Assembly (NCBI RefSeq): GCF_022045235.1
Contig: NW_027266282.1
Location: 4,960,001 to 5,024,000 of the forward strand
Reading direction: 5' to 3'
DNA length: 64,000 nucleotides
Source: Haliotis cracherodii
Lineage: Eukaryota
Of this stretch, positions 37,003-46,751 are shown one piece after another. The notes under the pieces were generated by a model. That model searched no databases, had not been told where the DNA came from, and was given only the letters and a program-made list of their open reading frames with translations. The translations under genes and the position numbers were made by a program. Position 1 is the stretch's first letter. Each line of letters opens with the position of its first letter.

Positions 37003-39636
37003 TCACGTTCTGCCTGCATGGTTAAATATAGCAAAAACAAACAGATGCGGTTGATTACCTGACACAAACAGTCTGTTTGATGATATGGCCAAACACCGAG
37101 GTGACACCAGATCATCACTCAATGTTGAATGACTGCACAGCTGTTCACCCCCAGCGCTAAACACGTGGATCTGATTCTGTCTGGGATCAGCAACATACAG
37201 GTTATTCCTCTTATCCATGCATGTGCCCTCTGGATACCACTCTGTGGCATTTGGAGGTCTGAAGGTTCGGACAAGGGTTCCATTCTTTTTAACCTGGAAG
37301 ACGGCACCTGGTTGGTTCAAGGAGCTGATCAGAAGGTCGTCCTCGTTACTGAGAGATATAGCAGCTATAGGGCCATCGACAGGAGCTTGTTGGGTTGTGA
37401 TCATTTGGCCATCTGTGTTGCAAAGCAACAGCAAGTTGCCTGGGAGATTTCCAACCAAGAACTGTGTAGAGGTATACCTGCAAAGAACTACATGTTTGCT
37501 GCCTGTTGTTCTGAGCATCACTGATCGTAGACACTTAAGAATCCTATCAGTGATATAGATCGTTGATCCACACATGTACACAACACAGTCATCCAAACAG
37601 GCAATTGTGTGAGCGGGCAGATCATCAGCTAGTGGTGTATTTTTGTGGTTCATATCAGTTAAAGTTCCACATGTAGTCATCGCCCTTATTTTCTTATTGG
37701 CATTGTCTGCAATAACAAGTTTGTCATTTAAGATTCCCAATGACTTTATTTCTGGATCTCGGGTGTCTTTGGTAACTTTTAATTTACAAATATTCATTTT
37801 CTTTAAGGTAACTGATCTGATAGAATTACTTCCGTCTTCAACAGATACAGCAGAACGGAGTTGTTGGTTTGCTTCTGGTATCACTTTTGAGGTAACTACA
37901 TTTCCGGGGACCTTCTGTTTGTCATCAAAAGAGTGTGCAGATGCACCAGAGCTGTTTAACCCCGAAGGTCCAAACCTGTCTCCTGTCATAGGTCCAAATG
38001 TCTTCAGTGGTTCTGAAGAATCCCTTTTCATACATTCGGAGGTCATCGTTGCATCTGAGATATCTCCATTCCAACATTCCGAGGTCATCAGTGAATCGGA
38101 GGTATCTCCATTCCTGCATTCGGAGGTCATCGGTGAATCGGAGGTATCACCATTCATGCGTTTGGAGGTCATCGGTGAATCAGGCACACCTTTATCCATA
38201 GGTTCGGTCATCAGGGAATCCGGGGTAACTTCTTGCCTAATGACATTCTGTGCAAAGACTTCCACATTTGTTGAATCCTCAAGCTTCAAGCTCATGCTAT
38301 TGAGTGGACCCTCAGATGGATGTCCAGAAGAACAACACCCTGATGAAAGGGCTTTCCCAGCTTCACCTACTATCATCAAAGACTCTGTCAACTTGAATCC
38401 ACTGTAGTCTTCCTGCTGACAGGTTTCAGGTCTAAGTGAAGTTGAAGAAGAAACGTCTTTCATCCCCTCAGCTTGTTTCCTAGATGGTATAGTCTCATCC
38501 TTCTTGATATCTTCATCACCTACGACGGGATTTTGAAACGAATGTGTGATGCTGATGACAGATTTCGGAGGGACATCACATCTAACATCAAACACAGGCA
38601 TTTTCAGTTTAGGAGCAAAGACATCAGTGGCATCTTGTAATTGCTTACTTTCTGTGAAACATTTCTCAAGGTCATTGTGAAGAATGAGAACTGCCACATC
38701 CTGCCCCGATCTTAAAACTAAGTTTGTAAGAGACAACAGTTTTGGGCACAGATTTGATATCTGCTCTAAATAAGTGTTTACCGTACTTGTGAGTTTAAGC
38801 TGCTGGTCACATAATTTTGAAAGCTTTTTTACAGCTTCTTGCTCCTGTTTTAGAATTAAATCCACAGCTGTCTGTGTCTTGTACCTGATACTTTTAAGTG
38901 CAGCCTCTTGTATTGAAGAAATATCTCGCTCCAGGTTCCGGAACCTTTCCAACTTAGGAGTTGCAGATTCAGTCATATATGTGCTAAGCTGTTGTGATCG
39001 CTCTTTCAATTTCGTTGCACAGTTCTGGGCAGCCTCATCCAAGGTAAGAATCGCATGACCTTTATGTTGAAATAACAAACACAACTCACAAATTGGAATG
39101 ACACAGGACTGACAGAAGTATGCATAAGCCCTTCCCCTATGATTGGCATCACCACAAGGAAAGCTTCTTGTCTTTGCCTCGACAACATATTTCCCAGTTT
39201 TCACATCTCTAATGGCCACGACCCTGTGTGAGTAAGTGGCGCTTGATGCTTGGTGCCCTGCCTGACACACACCACACAGAACATCGCCACAGTCAACACA
39301 CTGGTGGGTCACGTCATTGCGCTGGTTGTGTAGGCAACAAACGCTGCAATATTCACCCTCGGGTTTGAATAACAGCTCTTCTAACGTACGAGAGGCATTT
39401 TTAATACATGTATTTAACTGTGATCGCAGACTGTCCGTTTCGTCAGAGCATTGTGTGTTTGTTTCACACACAGGACAGTAGATGTGTTTATCCATGCTGA
39501 ATGATTGATGGACTTCAAGACACTTTCGGCAAACTGTGTGGTAACAGGCTAGAGTAACGGGGCCTGGTGTCTTCTCCTTGCAGTTGGTACAGTAAAAGAC
39601 ATTGGACGCTTTGTCTGTTGAGGCAAGCATCGCCAT
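37003..39636 (-). CDS. TRIM-NHL protein, 877 aa, intact copy A of the tandem trio
   Basis: RING CTNC..CYHTVCRKC..CPVC, two B-boxes, coiled coil, linker with 14-aa repeats, complete NHL propeller (LVIADNANKKI, WYPEGTCMDKRNNLYVADPRQNQIHVF, SPRCLAIS). First ATG is at 39636; the ORF-track start at 39651 is a TTG just after an in-frame TAA and a splice acceptor. Confidence 0.9.
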   Translation of the reverse strand: MAMLASTDKASNVFYCTNCKEKTPGPVTLACYHTVCRKCLEVHQSFSMDKHIYCPVCETNTQCSDETDSLRSQLNTCIKNASRTLEELLFKPEGEYCSVCCLHNQRNDVTHQCVDCGDVLCGVCQAGHQASSATYSHRVVAIRDVKTGKYVVEAKTRSFPCGDANHRGRAYAYFCQSCVIPICELCLLFQHKGHAILTLDEAAQNCATKLKERSQQLSTYMTESATPKLERFRNLERDISSIQEAALKSIRYKTQTAVDLILKQEQEAVKKLSKLCDQQLKLTSTVNTYLEQISNLCPKLLSLTNLVLRSGQDVAVLILHNDLEKCFTESKQLQDATDVFAPKLKMPVFDVRCDVPPKSVISITHSFQNPVVGDEDIKKDETIPSRKQAEGMKDVSSSTSLRPETCQQEDYSGFKLTESLMIVGEAGKALSSGCCSSGHPSEGPLNSMSLKLEDSTNVEVFAQNVIRQEVTPDSLMTEPMDKGVPDSPMTSKRMNGDTSDSPMTSECRNGDTSDSLMTSECWNGDISDATMTSECMKRDSSEPLKTFGPMTGDRFGPSGLNSSGASAHSFDDKQKVPGNVVTSKVIPEANQQLRSAVSVEDGSNSIRSVTLKKMNICKLKVTKDTRDPEIKSLGILNDKLVIADNANKKIRAMTTCGTLTDMNHKNTPLADDLPAHTIACLDDCVVYMCGSTIYITDRILKCLRSVMLRTTGSKHVVLCRYTSTQFLVGNLPGNLLLLCNTDGQMITTQQAPVDGPIAAISLSNEDDLLISSLNQPGAVFQVKKNGTLVRTFRPPNATEWYPEGTCMDKRNNLYVADPRQNQIHVFSAGGEQLCSHSTLSDDLVSPRCLAISSNRLFVSGNQPHLFVFAIFNHAGRT

Positions 39637-39651
39637 TGTGGCCACCTTCAA

Positions 39652-42600
39652 TTATGCCCTAAAAAAGAGGAGAATTTGAACTGTTACATTGTTTGTCAGC
39701 ACTGAAAGATCTTGTACCTCCTGCTTGTGGAATGATCTTTACAGGAAGCCATGATAAAGCTGGACTATTGCTGACTGTGGTGCAACACATTTTTTACCTC
39801 ACTTGCATCAAAATGGAGCGCAGGGGTACTTACATTGCCAAGATCGGATACTTGTTTGACTCTGAAATATCGTCTTTTTTTAAACAGAAAACAGCATCAA
39901 GACTCTGTGGCTCTCAAAGTATGGATGTTCTAGGAAGTGTAATCTTAAGCGAAGTTAGGGAAGTGTGGGTGTTAAATGGCTGTGTGATTTCTTCTTTTTA
40001 AGTAAGGGGACTCCTTTTAGCTTTAAAGTGTTAAAGCCCATTTCACCTCACCTTTTACTGTATAGAACATTAATATGGTAGCATTATTGTAAAGCATCAT
40101 CTCATTTGTAAAAGCAGTCTCTGAGCTGAAAGATTTTCTTAGTAAGCATCATCATCAACATTAGCCCAGATTAGTGCTACATTTTCAACAAAATAATATC
40201 TCTCAGCATTTTAGTTTCTGAGAAGATGATACTTTATTATGATCAGCGATTAATGAAATCTGTTTCGGTCTGAAAAGAGTGACATCATCCTTGCCCCGTG
40301 GGTTCTTTTTAGCTGTAGTGTCACGAACGAATCTGAAAACATGTGTGTTGCTGCCCCTGATATCCATGTAAGATCGGTGCGGTAGCCTGGTGGTTCAAGC
40401 ATTTGCTCATCAGGACAAAGTTGTTTCCCACTACAGTGTTTCCCTACATGGGCACAATGTGTGAAGCCCATGTCTGGTTTTCCCCGCCATGATATTGCAG
40501 GAATATTGCTAAAAGCGGTCTAAATCCATACTCACTCACACACTCATGTCCATGTTACAGATCTCAAGACCGTGTGAGATCTGAGGTGAAGAGTCTTTAT
40601 ATGTTTTTATACTTTTATTTTGTGTTCATTTTTCTTCAAAAAGAAATACTTCAACTCCATGATGAAATATGAGCACATGAGTCTTCCAAAAATTGAAAGG
40701 TCGTTCCTTCAGCCAGTTCGGAGAAGAAATTGAAACTTAATGGATGAATAGACTGTCCTGCTGAGCTAACAAAAAGATAAGTCCAAAATTGTGCTGTGGC
40801 CATATATTATGGATAACAATCAAATGTGTCTGGAACAAAAGTACCACCATCCTCTATTGTTTCAAACAGAATGTTTTACAAAGGACAAAAGACCGCGGAC
40901 TCTTGAAAATGAAATTTGAAGCAACATTTAGCGGACAAATTTCCACGATAAAAAGTAATCGAGTAAACATGTGCTTCACAGATCAATTACCATATCTGAT
41001 ATATGCGACACTAATCACATCGATAAACATCATATTGATTAATTTATTGCATGACATACGCTGCCTGCAACAATAATGCTCTGTACCATTGCTGACAGGT
41101 TTTGTCAGTTTCTAAGACTTTGTTTGTCGTCATATACAAAAACACTGTATCATTTCTTTCAACCGACTGAGATTTTTTTAAAAATTATACTTTCCACTCG
41201 AAACGTTTTGATCAAGAAATCTGGTACATAAAAAAAACAAAGTTTAAAGAGAGGGGTACTTCAGGTGATATCATATCCGATGGCGGGTCGATTTATATAT
41301 CAGTATATCAATATGGAATATTATCAAACACAGTAGTGTGTTGGGGTCATTTGAGTAAATCCACTGCCACTGAGCTTCGCAACTGTGGGCCTCTATACAA
41401 TGGTTATGGTGAAGATGACTCTAGTAGCATTTGAAACCCGGCTTTAATTGTTCCATATCACTCTAAAATGAGAAGGTAACGTCATTTGTAAATTATTCGT
41501 GACAAATGATGTAATTCGTTCAATACCTTTCAAGGGTATACTTCTTTCAGTCCCCCTAGCTACCTCCTGGGAACGAATTGAGTTTTCTTACTAAACATGT
41601 CTCTCAGTTTTCAATGAAGATCGCTTTTATTTAGAAAATATGTATTATAATGAGCAATATCATTCTGACCTTTAAATTACACAGAATTGATAGATATCGT
41701 TACAGCATACAGTAAAGTATATATTTAAAGTCTTGTGTAAGAAATAGTAAACATTACATACCTGTGGGTCTAATTGTGCTCATTTATCCAACATGTATGG
41801 CATGCACATTTTGCCATCTCTGTTTGTAATCCGTTCAAAATGGCGGGTTTAATTTAGATCTGCCGTTCAGTGATTTCCTAGGTTTAGTGGTAGCGAGAAG
41901 TAAGATCTGATTTTAATGATACTGGTCTTTTACCAACTGATCTCACTTTTTCTCCGTGCAACGATAAAAATGTCTATAAATTAGCGAAGGATACAGGTTA
42001 TTAAAACTCGCCCACCAACATTGTGTAAACGACATGCACCCCACCTAACCTGTGTATTGATAGCAGCTGCACATCGACCAACCATACCTACAGTAGCTCA
42101 CTATAACAACGTTATGTCATTATGACCCGATGTGCTCCACGTTCTTACCTCGATATAACGCTCGTCTGCGGATGAATCTATTTCTTTGTTTCCAAATGAC
42201 AAATACAACCGGCAGTGTAGAAGCTACGTGTGTGACAACTACGATGGTAGTGCTGTGCAGAACAACAATAACATGAATGCAAATCCTCCTTAAATTCTTA
42301 TATGCCCGCGAATTCAATAATTCTAGGAAAGACACACTTTCCTTGAACAGCAACGTGAACAGGTCGAAACACGATGCGGAGTGTAGAATTTAAATATAAA
42401 ACGTCACCGTCACAGAATATTCAGTCTCGGTTATCCGCCGAAACAGATCCTTTGGGTGTAAACGGTAAAATAGCTTAACTGTGACAATTAAAAGAACACA
42501 TCACTGAATGACAACCCCAAATAAGGACAAAAATACTAAAAGGTGAACTGCTAAATGATAAAACGAAATATGCGTTACTGGAGCGTTTGAATGTTTTTTC

Positions 42601-43150
42601 TTTGGAAGATGGCAATATCAATTATTAATATTTATTTTAGGCTATTGTTGATTTAAGTTTTTCGTTTTTCTTCCTCCTGTTACCAACTGATGCAGGTCTG
42701 GGACTCGAACCCACAATCATAGGATCCTGGCATGTGTAAGGGATGCAACTGTGCACAGCGATTTTCCGCGCCTTAGATGACTGAGCCAATCATGCATATT
42801 CGCGTAAAATAGAACGCATTGTTTGTCGAGCAGATTGTTTTATTTAGTCAACGAAAAATCAAAGTAAAATATGTTTATTGTTCGAAATGTGGTCATGTAT
42901 AAGGCATGTACGCCTCGCAAACATTTACTTCCAACCTGGAGCTGGTGTGTTGCTTCTTACGCTCTTCATGTGGTTAGTTTGTTTGTTGCTCTCGCCTGTG
43001 AATAAGCGGATCTGAGACAGACAAACCAGTGGTTGATATTATGACCAACGTCCCACGACATCGGAGTAGGATGACACGCAATCAACAAAGTCACCGACCC
43101 AAACAGAGCCTGACCCTATGACTCAATTACGTCGCACCTGAAACAACAAT
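39652..43150. repeat. Duplicated intergenic spacer, copy 1 (near-identical to 46752-49288 apart from a 1-kb segment, 39787-40782)
   Basis: Base-by-base collinearity, e.g. 40783-43150 with about 46931-49288. Confidence 0.92.
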
Positions 43151-43727
43151 AGGTCTGAAGGTTCGGGCAAGGGTTCCATTCTTTTTAACCTTTAAGACGG
43201 CACCTGGTTGGTTCAAGGAGCTGATCAGAAGGTCGTCCTCGTTACTGAGAGATATAGCAGCTATAGGGCCATCGACAGGAGCTTGTTGGGTTGTGATCAT
43301 TTGGCCATCTGTGTTGTAAAGCCACAGCAAGTTGCCTGGGAGATTTCCAACCAAGACCTGTGTGGAGGTATGCCTGCAAAGAACTACATGTTTGCTGCCT
43401 GTTCTGAGCATCACTGATCGTAGACACTTAAGAATCCTATCAGTGATATAGATCGTTGATCCACACATGTACACAACACAGTCATCCAAACAGGCAATTG
43501 TGTAAGAGGGCAGATCAGCAGTTAGTAGTGTATCTTTGTGGTTCATTTCAGTTAAAGTTCCACATGTAGTCATCACCCTTATTTATTTATTGGCATTGTC
43601 TGCAATAAAAAGTTTGTAATTCAAGATTCCCAATGATTTTATTTCTGGATCTCGGGTGTCTTTGGCATCTGTTTATATACAAATATTCATCTTCTCCAGG
43701 CTAACTGATCTCTAATCCCCTCCGTCC
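43151..43727 (-). pseudogene. Decaying NHL-coding remnant of TRIM copy B
   Basis: Homologous to about 37255-37840, but out of frame with the main ORF; in-frame TAG (43712-43714) and TAA (43583-43585); 3' part deleted. Confidence 0.88.
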
Positions 43728-46700
43728 TCAAGAGATACGGCAGCGGAGTGGGTTTTCTTCTCGTGTCGTGTCTTGAGTCTGCCTGTTCCCTGGTCCTGCC
43801 AGAATCATGTATGGAGTTTGGCTGTTCCCTGGTCCTGCCGGAATCATGTATCTAGTGTGGTTGTTTCCTTGTCCAGCTGACATCGTGTCTTGCGTTTGGC
43901 TGTTTCCTGGTCCAGCTAGGATCATGTCTGGAGTCTCGATGTTCCCTGGTCTAACTGACATCTTGTCTGGAGTCCCACTGTTCCCTGGTCTAACTGACAT
44001 GGTGTCTGGAGTCCCACTGTTCCCTGGTCTAACTGACATGGTGTCTGGAGTCCCACTGTTCCCTGGTCTAACTGACATCTTGTCTGGAGTCCCACTGTTT
44101 CCTGGTCTAACTGACATGGTGTCTGGAGTCCCACTGTTCCCTGGTCTAACTGACATGGTGTCTGGAGTCCCACTGTTCCCTTGTCTAACTGACATTTTGT
44201 CTGGAGTCCCACTGTTCCCTGGTCTAACTGACATGGTGTCTGGAGTCCCACTGTTCCCTGGTCTAACTGACATCTTGTCTGGAGTCCCACTGTTCCCTGG
44301 TCTAACTGACATGGTGTCTGGAGTCCCACTGTTCCCTAGTCTAACTGACATCTTGTCTGGAGTCCCACTGTTCCCTGGTCTAACTGACATCTTGTCTGGA
44401 GTCCCACTGTTCCCTGGTCTAACTGACATGGTGTCTGGAATCCCACTGTTCCCTTGTCTAACTGACATGGTGTCTGGAGTCCCACTGTTCCCTGGTCTAA
44501 CTGACATCTTGTCTGGAGTCCCACTGTTCCCTGGTCTAACTGACATCTTATCTTGAGTCTCGATGTTTCCTGGTCTAACTGACATGGTGTCTGGAGTCTC
44601 ACTGTTCCCTGGTCTAACTGACATCTTGTCTGGAGTCCCACTGTTCCCTGGTCTAACTGACATCTTGTCTGGAGTCCCTCTGTTTCCTGGTCTAACTGAC
44701 ATCTTGTCTGGAGTCCCACTGTTCCCTGGCCTAACTGACATCTTGTCTGGAGTCCCACTGTTCCCTGGTCTAACCGACATCTTATCTTGAGTCTCGATGT
44801 TTCCTGGTTCAGCTGGGGTCATGCCTGTAGTATCACTGTTCCCTGGTCCAGATGCATTAGTGACTACATTTCGATGGGCTTTCTGTTTGTCATCAAACGT
44901 TTGTACAGATGCAGAGCTGTCTAACCCAATAGGTCCATACCTAGAGCTGTCTTCTGTCATAGGTGCAGATGTAATCAGTGAATCTGAGCTATCTCCATTC
45001 ATAGGTTCGGTCATCAGGGAATCCGGGGTAACTTCTTGCCCAATGGCATTCTGTGCAAAGACTTCCACATTTGTTGAATCCACAAGCCTTGAGTTCATAT
45101 CGTTGAGTGGTTCCTCAGATGGATGTCCAGAAGAACAACACCTTGATAAAAGGGCTTTCCCAGCCTCACCTACTATCATCAAAGACTCGGTCAACTTGAA
45201 CCCACTGTAGTCTTCCTGCTGACAGGTGTCGCTGTCATTTCTCATATACACTGATGCTGTACCATCTTCTGCAGAACCCTCGGCGACAAGGTTCTCGTTG
45301 CTACACAAAACATCAGTGATGATAAATCCAGTTTTGGAAGGTTCAAACTTCACTCTTGGAGCAACAATGGCAAACGGGATCCCACTTACCGTTTCACCAG
45401 CCAGACATTTGCTCACGGTGTCAGACAAGTGAAGATTAGATTTGGCAATGGGGGTTTTAGGTCTAAGTGAAGTTGAAGAAGAAACGTCTTTCATCCCCTC
45501 AGCTTGTTTCCTGGTTAAACCATCCCCAGACTTGGCAGTACTCCCTGGATAAGTGCTTGATACAGAACTGCGGGACTCGCCACATGGTATAGTCTCATCC
45601 TTCTTGATATTTTCATCACCTACGACGGCATTTTGAAACGAATGTGTAATGCTGATGACAGATTTCGGAGGGACATCACATCTAACATCAAACACAGGCA
45701 CTTTCAGTTTGGAAGCAAAGACATCAGTGGCATCTTGTAATTGCTTACTTTCTTTAAAACAACTCTCAAGGTCATTGTGAAGAATGAGAACTGCCACATC
45801 CTGCTCCGATCTTAAAACTAAGTTTGTAAGAGACAACAGTTTTGGGCACAGATTTGACATCTGCTCTAAATCAGTGTTTAAGGTACTTGTGAGTTTAAGC
45901 TGCCGGTCACATAATTTTGAAAGCTTTTTTACAGCTTCCTGCTCCTGTTTTAGAACTAAATCCACAGCTGTCTGTGTCTTGTTCCTGATACTTTTAAGTG
46001 CAGCCTCTTGTATTGAAGAAATATCACGCTCCAGGTTCCTGAACATTTCCAACTTAGGAGTAGCAGATTCAGTCACATATGTGCTAAGCTGTTGTGATCG
46101 CTCTTCCAATTTCGTTGCACAGTTCTGGGCAGCCTCATCCAAGGTAAGAATCACATGACCTTTATGTTGAAATAAAAAACACAATTCACAAATTGGAATG
46201 ACACAGGACTGACAGAAGTATGCACAAGCCCTTCCCCTATGATTGGTATCACCACAAGGAAAGCTTCTTGTCTTTGCCTCGACAACATATTTCCCAGTTT
46301 TCACATCTCTAATGGCCACGATCCTGTGTGAGTAAGTGGCGCTTGATGCTTGGTGCCCTGCCTGACACACACCACACAGAACATCGCCACAGTCAACACA
46401 CTGGCGGGTCACGTCATTGCGCTGGTTGTGTAGGCAACAAACGCTGCAATATTCACCCTCGGATTTGAATAACAGGTCTTCTAACGTACGAGAGGCATTG
46501 TCAATACATCTATTTAACTGTGATCGCAGACTGTCCGTTTCGTCAGAGCATTGTGTGTTTGTTTCACACACAGGACAGTAGATGTGTTTATCCACGCTGA
46601 ATGTTTGATGGAATTCAAGACACTTTCGGCAAACTGTGTGGTAACAGGCTAGAGTAACGGGGCCTGGTTTCTTCTCCTTGCAGTTGGTACAGTAAAAGAC

Positions 46701-46736
46701 ATTGGACGCTTTGTCTGTTGAGGCAAGCATCGCCAT
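43728..46736 (-). CDS. TRIM copy B: RBCC plus 28 x 13-aa repeat tail, no NHL, about 1002 aa
   Basis: Open ORF from ATG 46736; RBCC nearly identical to copies A and C; a 2-nt deletion near 43745 ends the frame just before the NHL. It could be a recently disabled gene. Confidence 0.72.
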   Translation of the reverse strand: MAMLASTDKASNVFYCTNCKEKKPGPVTLACYHTVCRKCLEFHQTFSVDKHIYCPVCETNTQCSDETDSLRSQLNRCIDNASRTLEDLLFKSEGEYCSVCCLHNQRNDVTRQCVDCGDVLCGVCQAGHQASSATYSHRIVAIRDVKTGKYVVEAKTRSFPCGDTNHRGRACAYFCQSCVIPICELCFLFQHKGHVILTLDEAAQNCATKLEERSQQLSTYVTESATPKLEMFRNLERDISSIQEAALKSIRNKTQTAVDLVLKQEQEAVKKLSKLCDRQLKLTSTLNTDLEQMSNLCPKLLSLTNLVLRSEQDVAVLILHNDLESCFKESKQLQDATDVFASKLKVPVFDVRCDVPPKSVISITHSFQNAVVGDENIKKDETIPCGESRSSVSSTYPGSTAKSGDGLTRKQAEGMKDVSSSTSLRPKTPIAKSNLHLSDTVSKCLAGETVSGIPFAIVAPRVKFEPSKTGFIITDVLCSNENLVAEGSAEDGTASVYMRNDSDTCQQEDYSGFKLTESLMIVGEAGKALLSRCCSSGHPSEEPLNDMNSRLVDSTNVEVFAQNAIGQEVTPDSLMTEPMNGDSSDSLITSAPMTEDSSRYGPIGLDSSASVQTFDDKQKAHRNVVTNASGPGNSDTTGMTPAEPGNIETQDKMSVRPGNSGTPDKMSVRPGNSGTPDKMSVRPGNRGTPDKMSVRPGNSGTPDKMSVRPGNSETPDTMSVRPGNIETQDKMSVRPGNSGTPDKMSVRPGNSGTPDTMSVRQGNSGIPDTMSVRPGNSGTPDKMSVRPGNSGTPDKMSVRLGNSGTPDTMSVRPGNSGTPDKMSVRPGNSGTPDTMSVRPGNSGTPDKMSVRQGNSGTPDTMSVRPGNSGTPDTMSVRPGNSGTPDKMSVRPGNSGTPDTMSVRPGNSGTPDTMSVRPGNSGTPDKMSVRPGNIETPDMILAGPGNSQTQDTMSAGQGNNHTRYMIPAGPGNSQTPYMILAGPGNRQTQDTTREENPLRCRIS
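43758..44849 (-). repeat. Coding 39-bp VNTR, 28 units (RPGNSGTPD(K/T)MSV)
   Basis: Units counted from the translation; 28 x 39 = 1092 nt. Confidence 0.95.
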
Positions 46737-46751
46737 TGTGGCCACCTTCAA

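Noticed and set aside
39637-39651. ORF-track starts at 39651, 46751 and 53923
   Set aside because: These are TTG codons next to a splice acceptor; the first ATG is 15 nt downstream.
43700-43760. Programmed frameshift, readthrough or splicing restoring the NHL in copies B and C
   Set aside because: No slippery site or convincing donor, and the downstream NHL has further stops, frameshifts and a terminal deletion.
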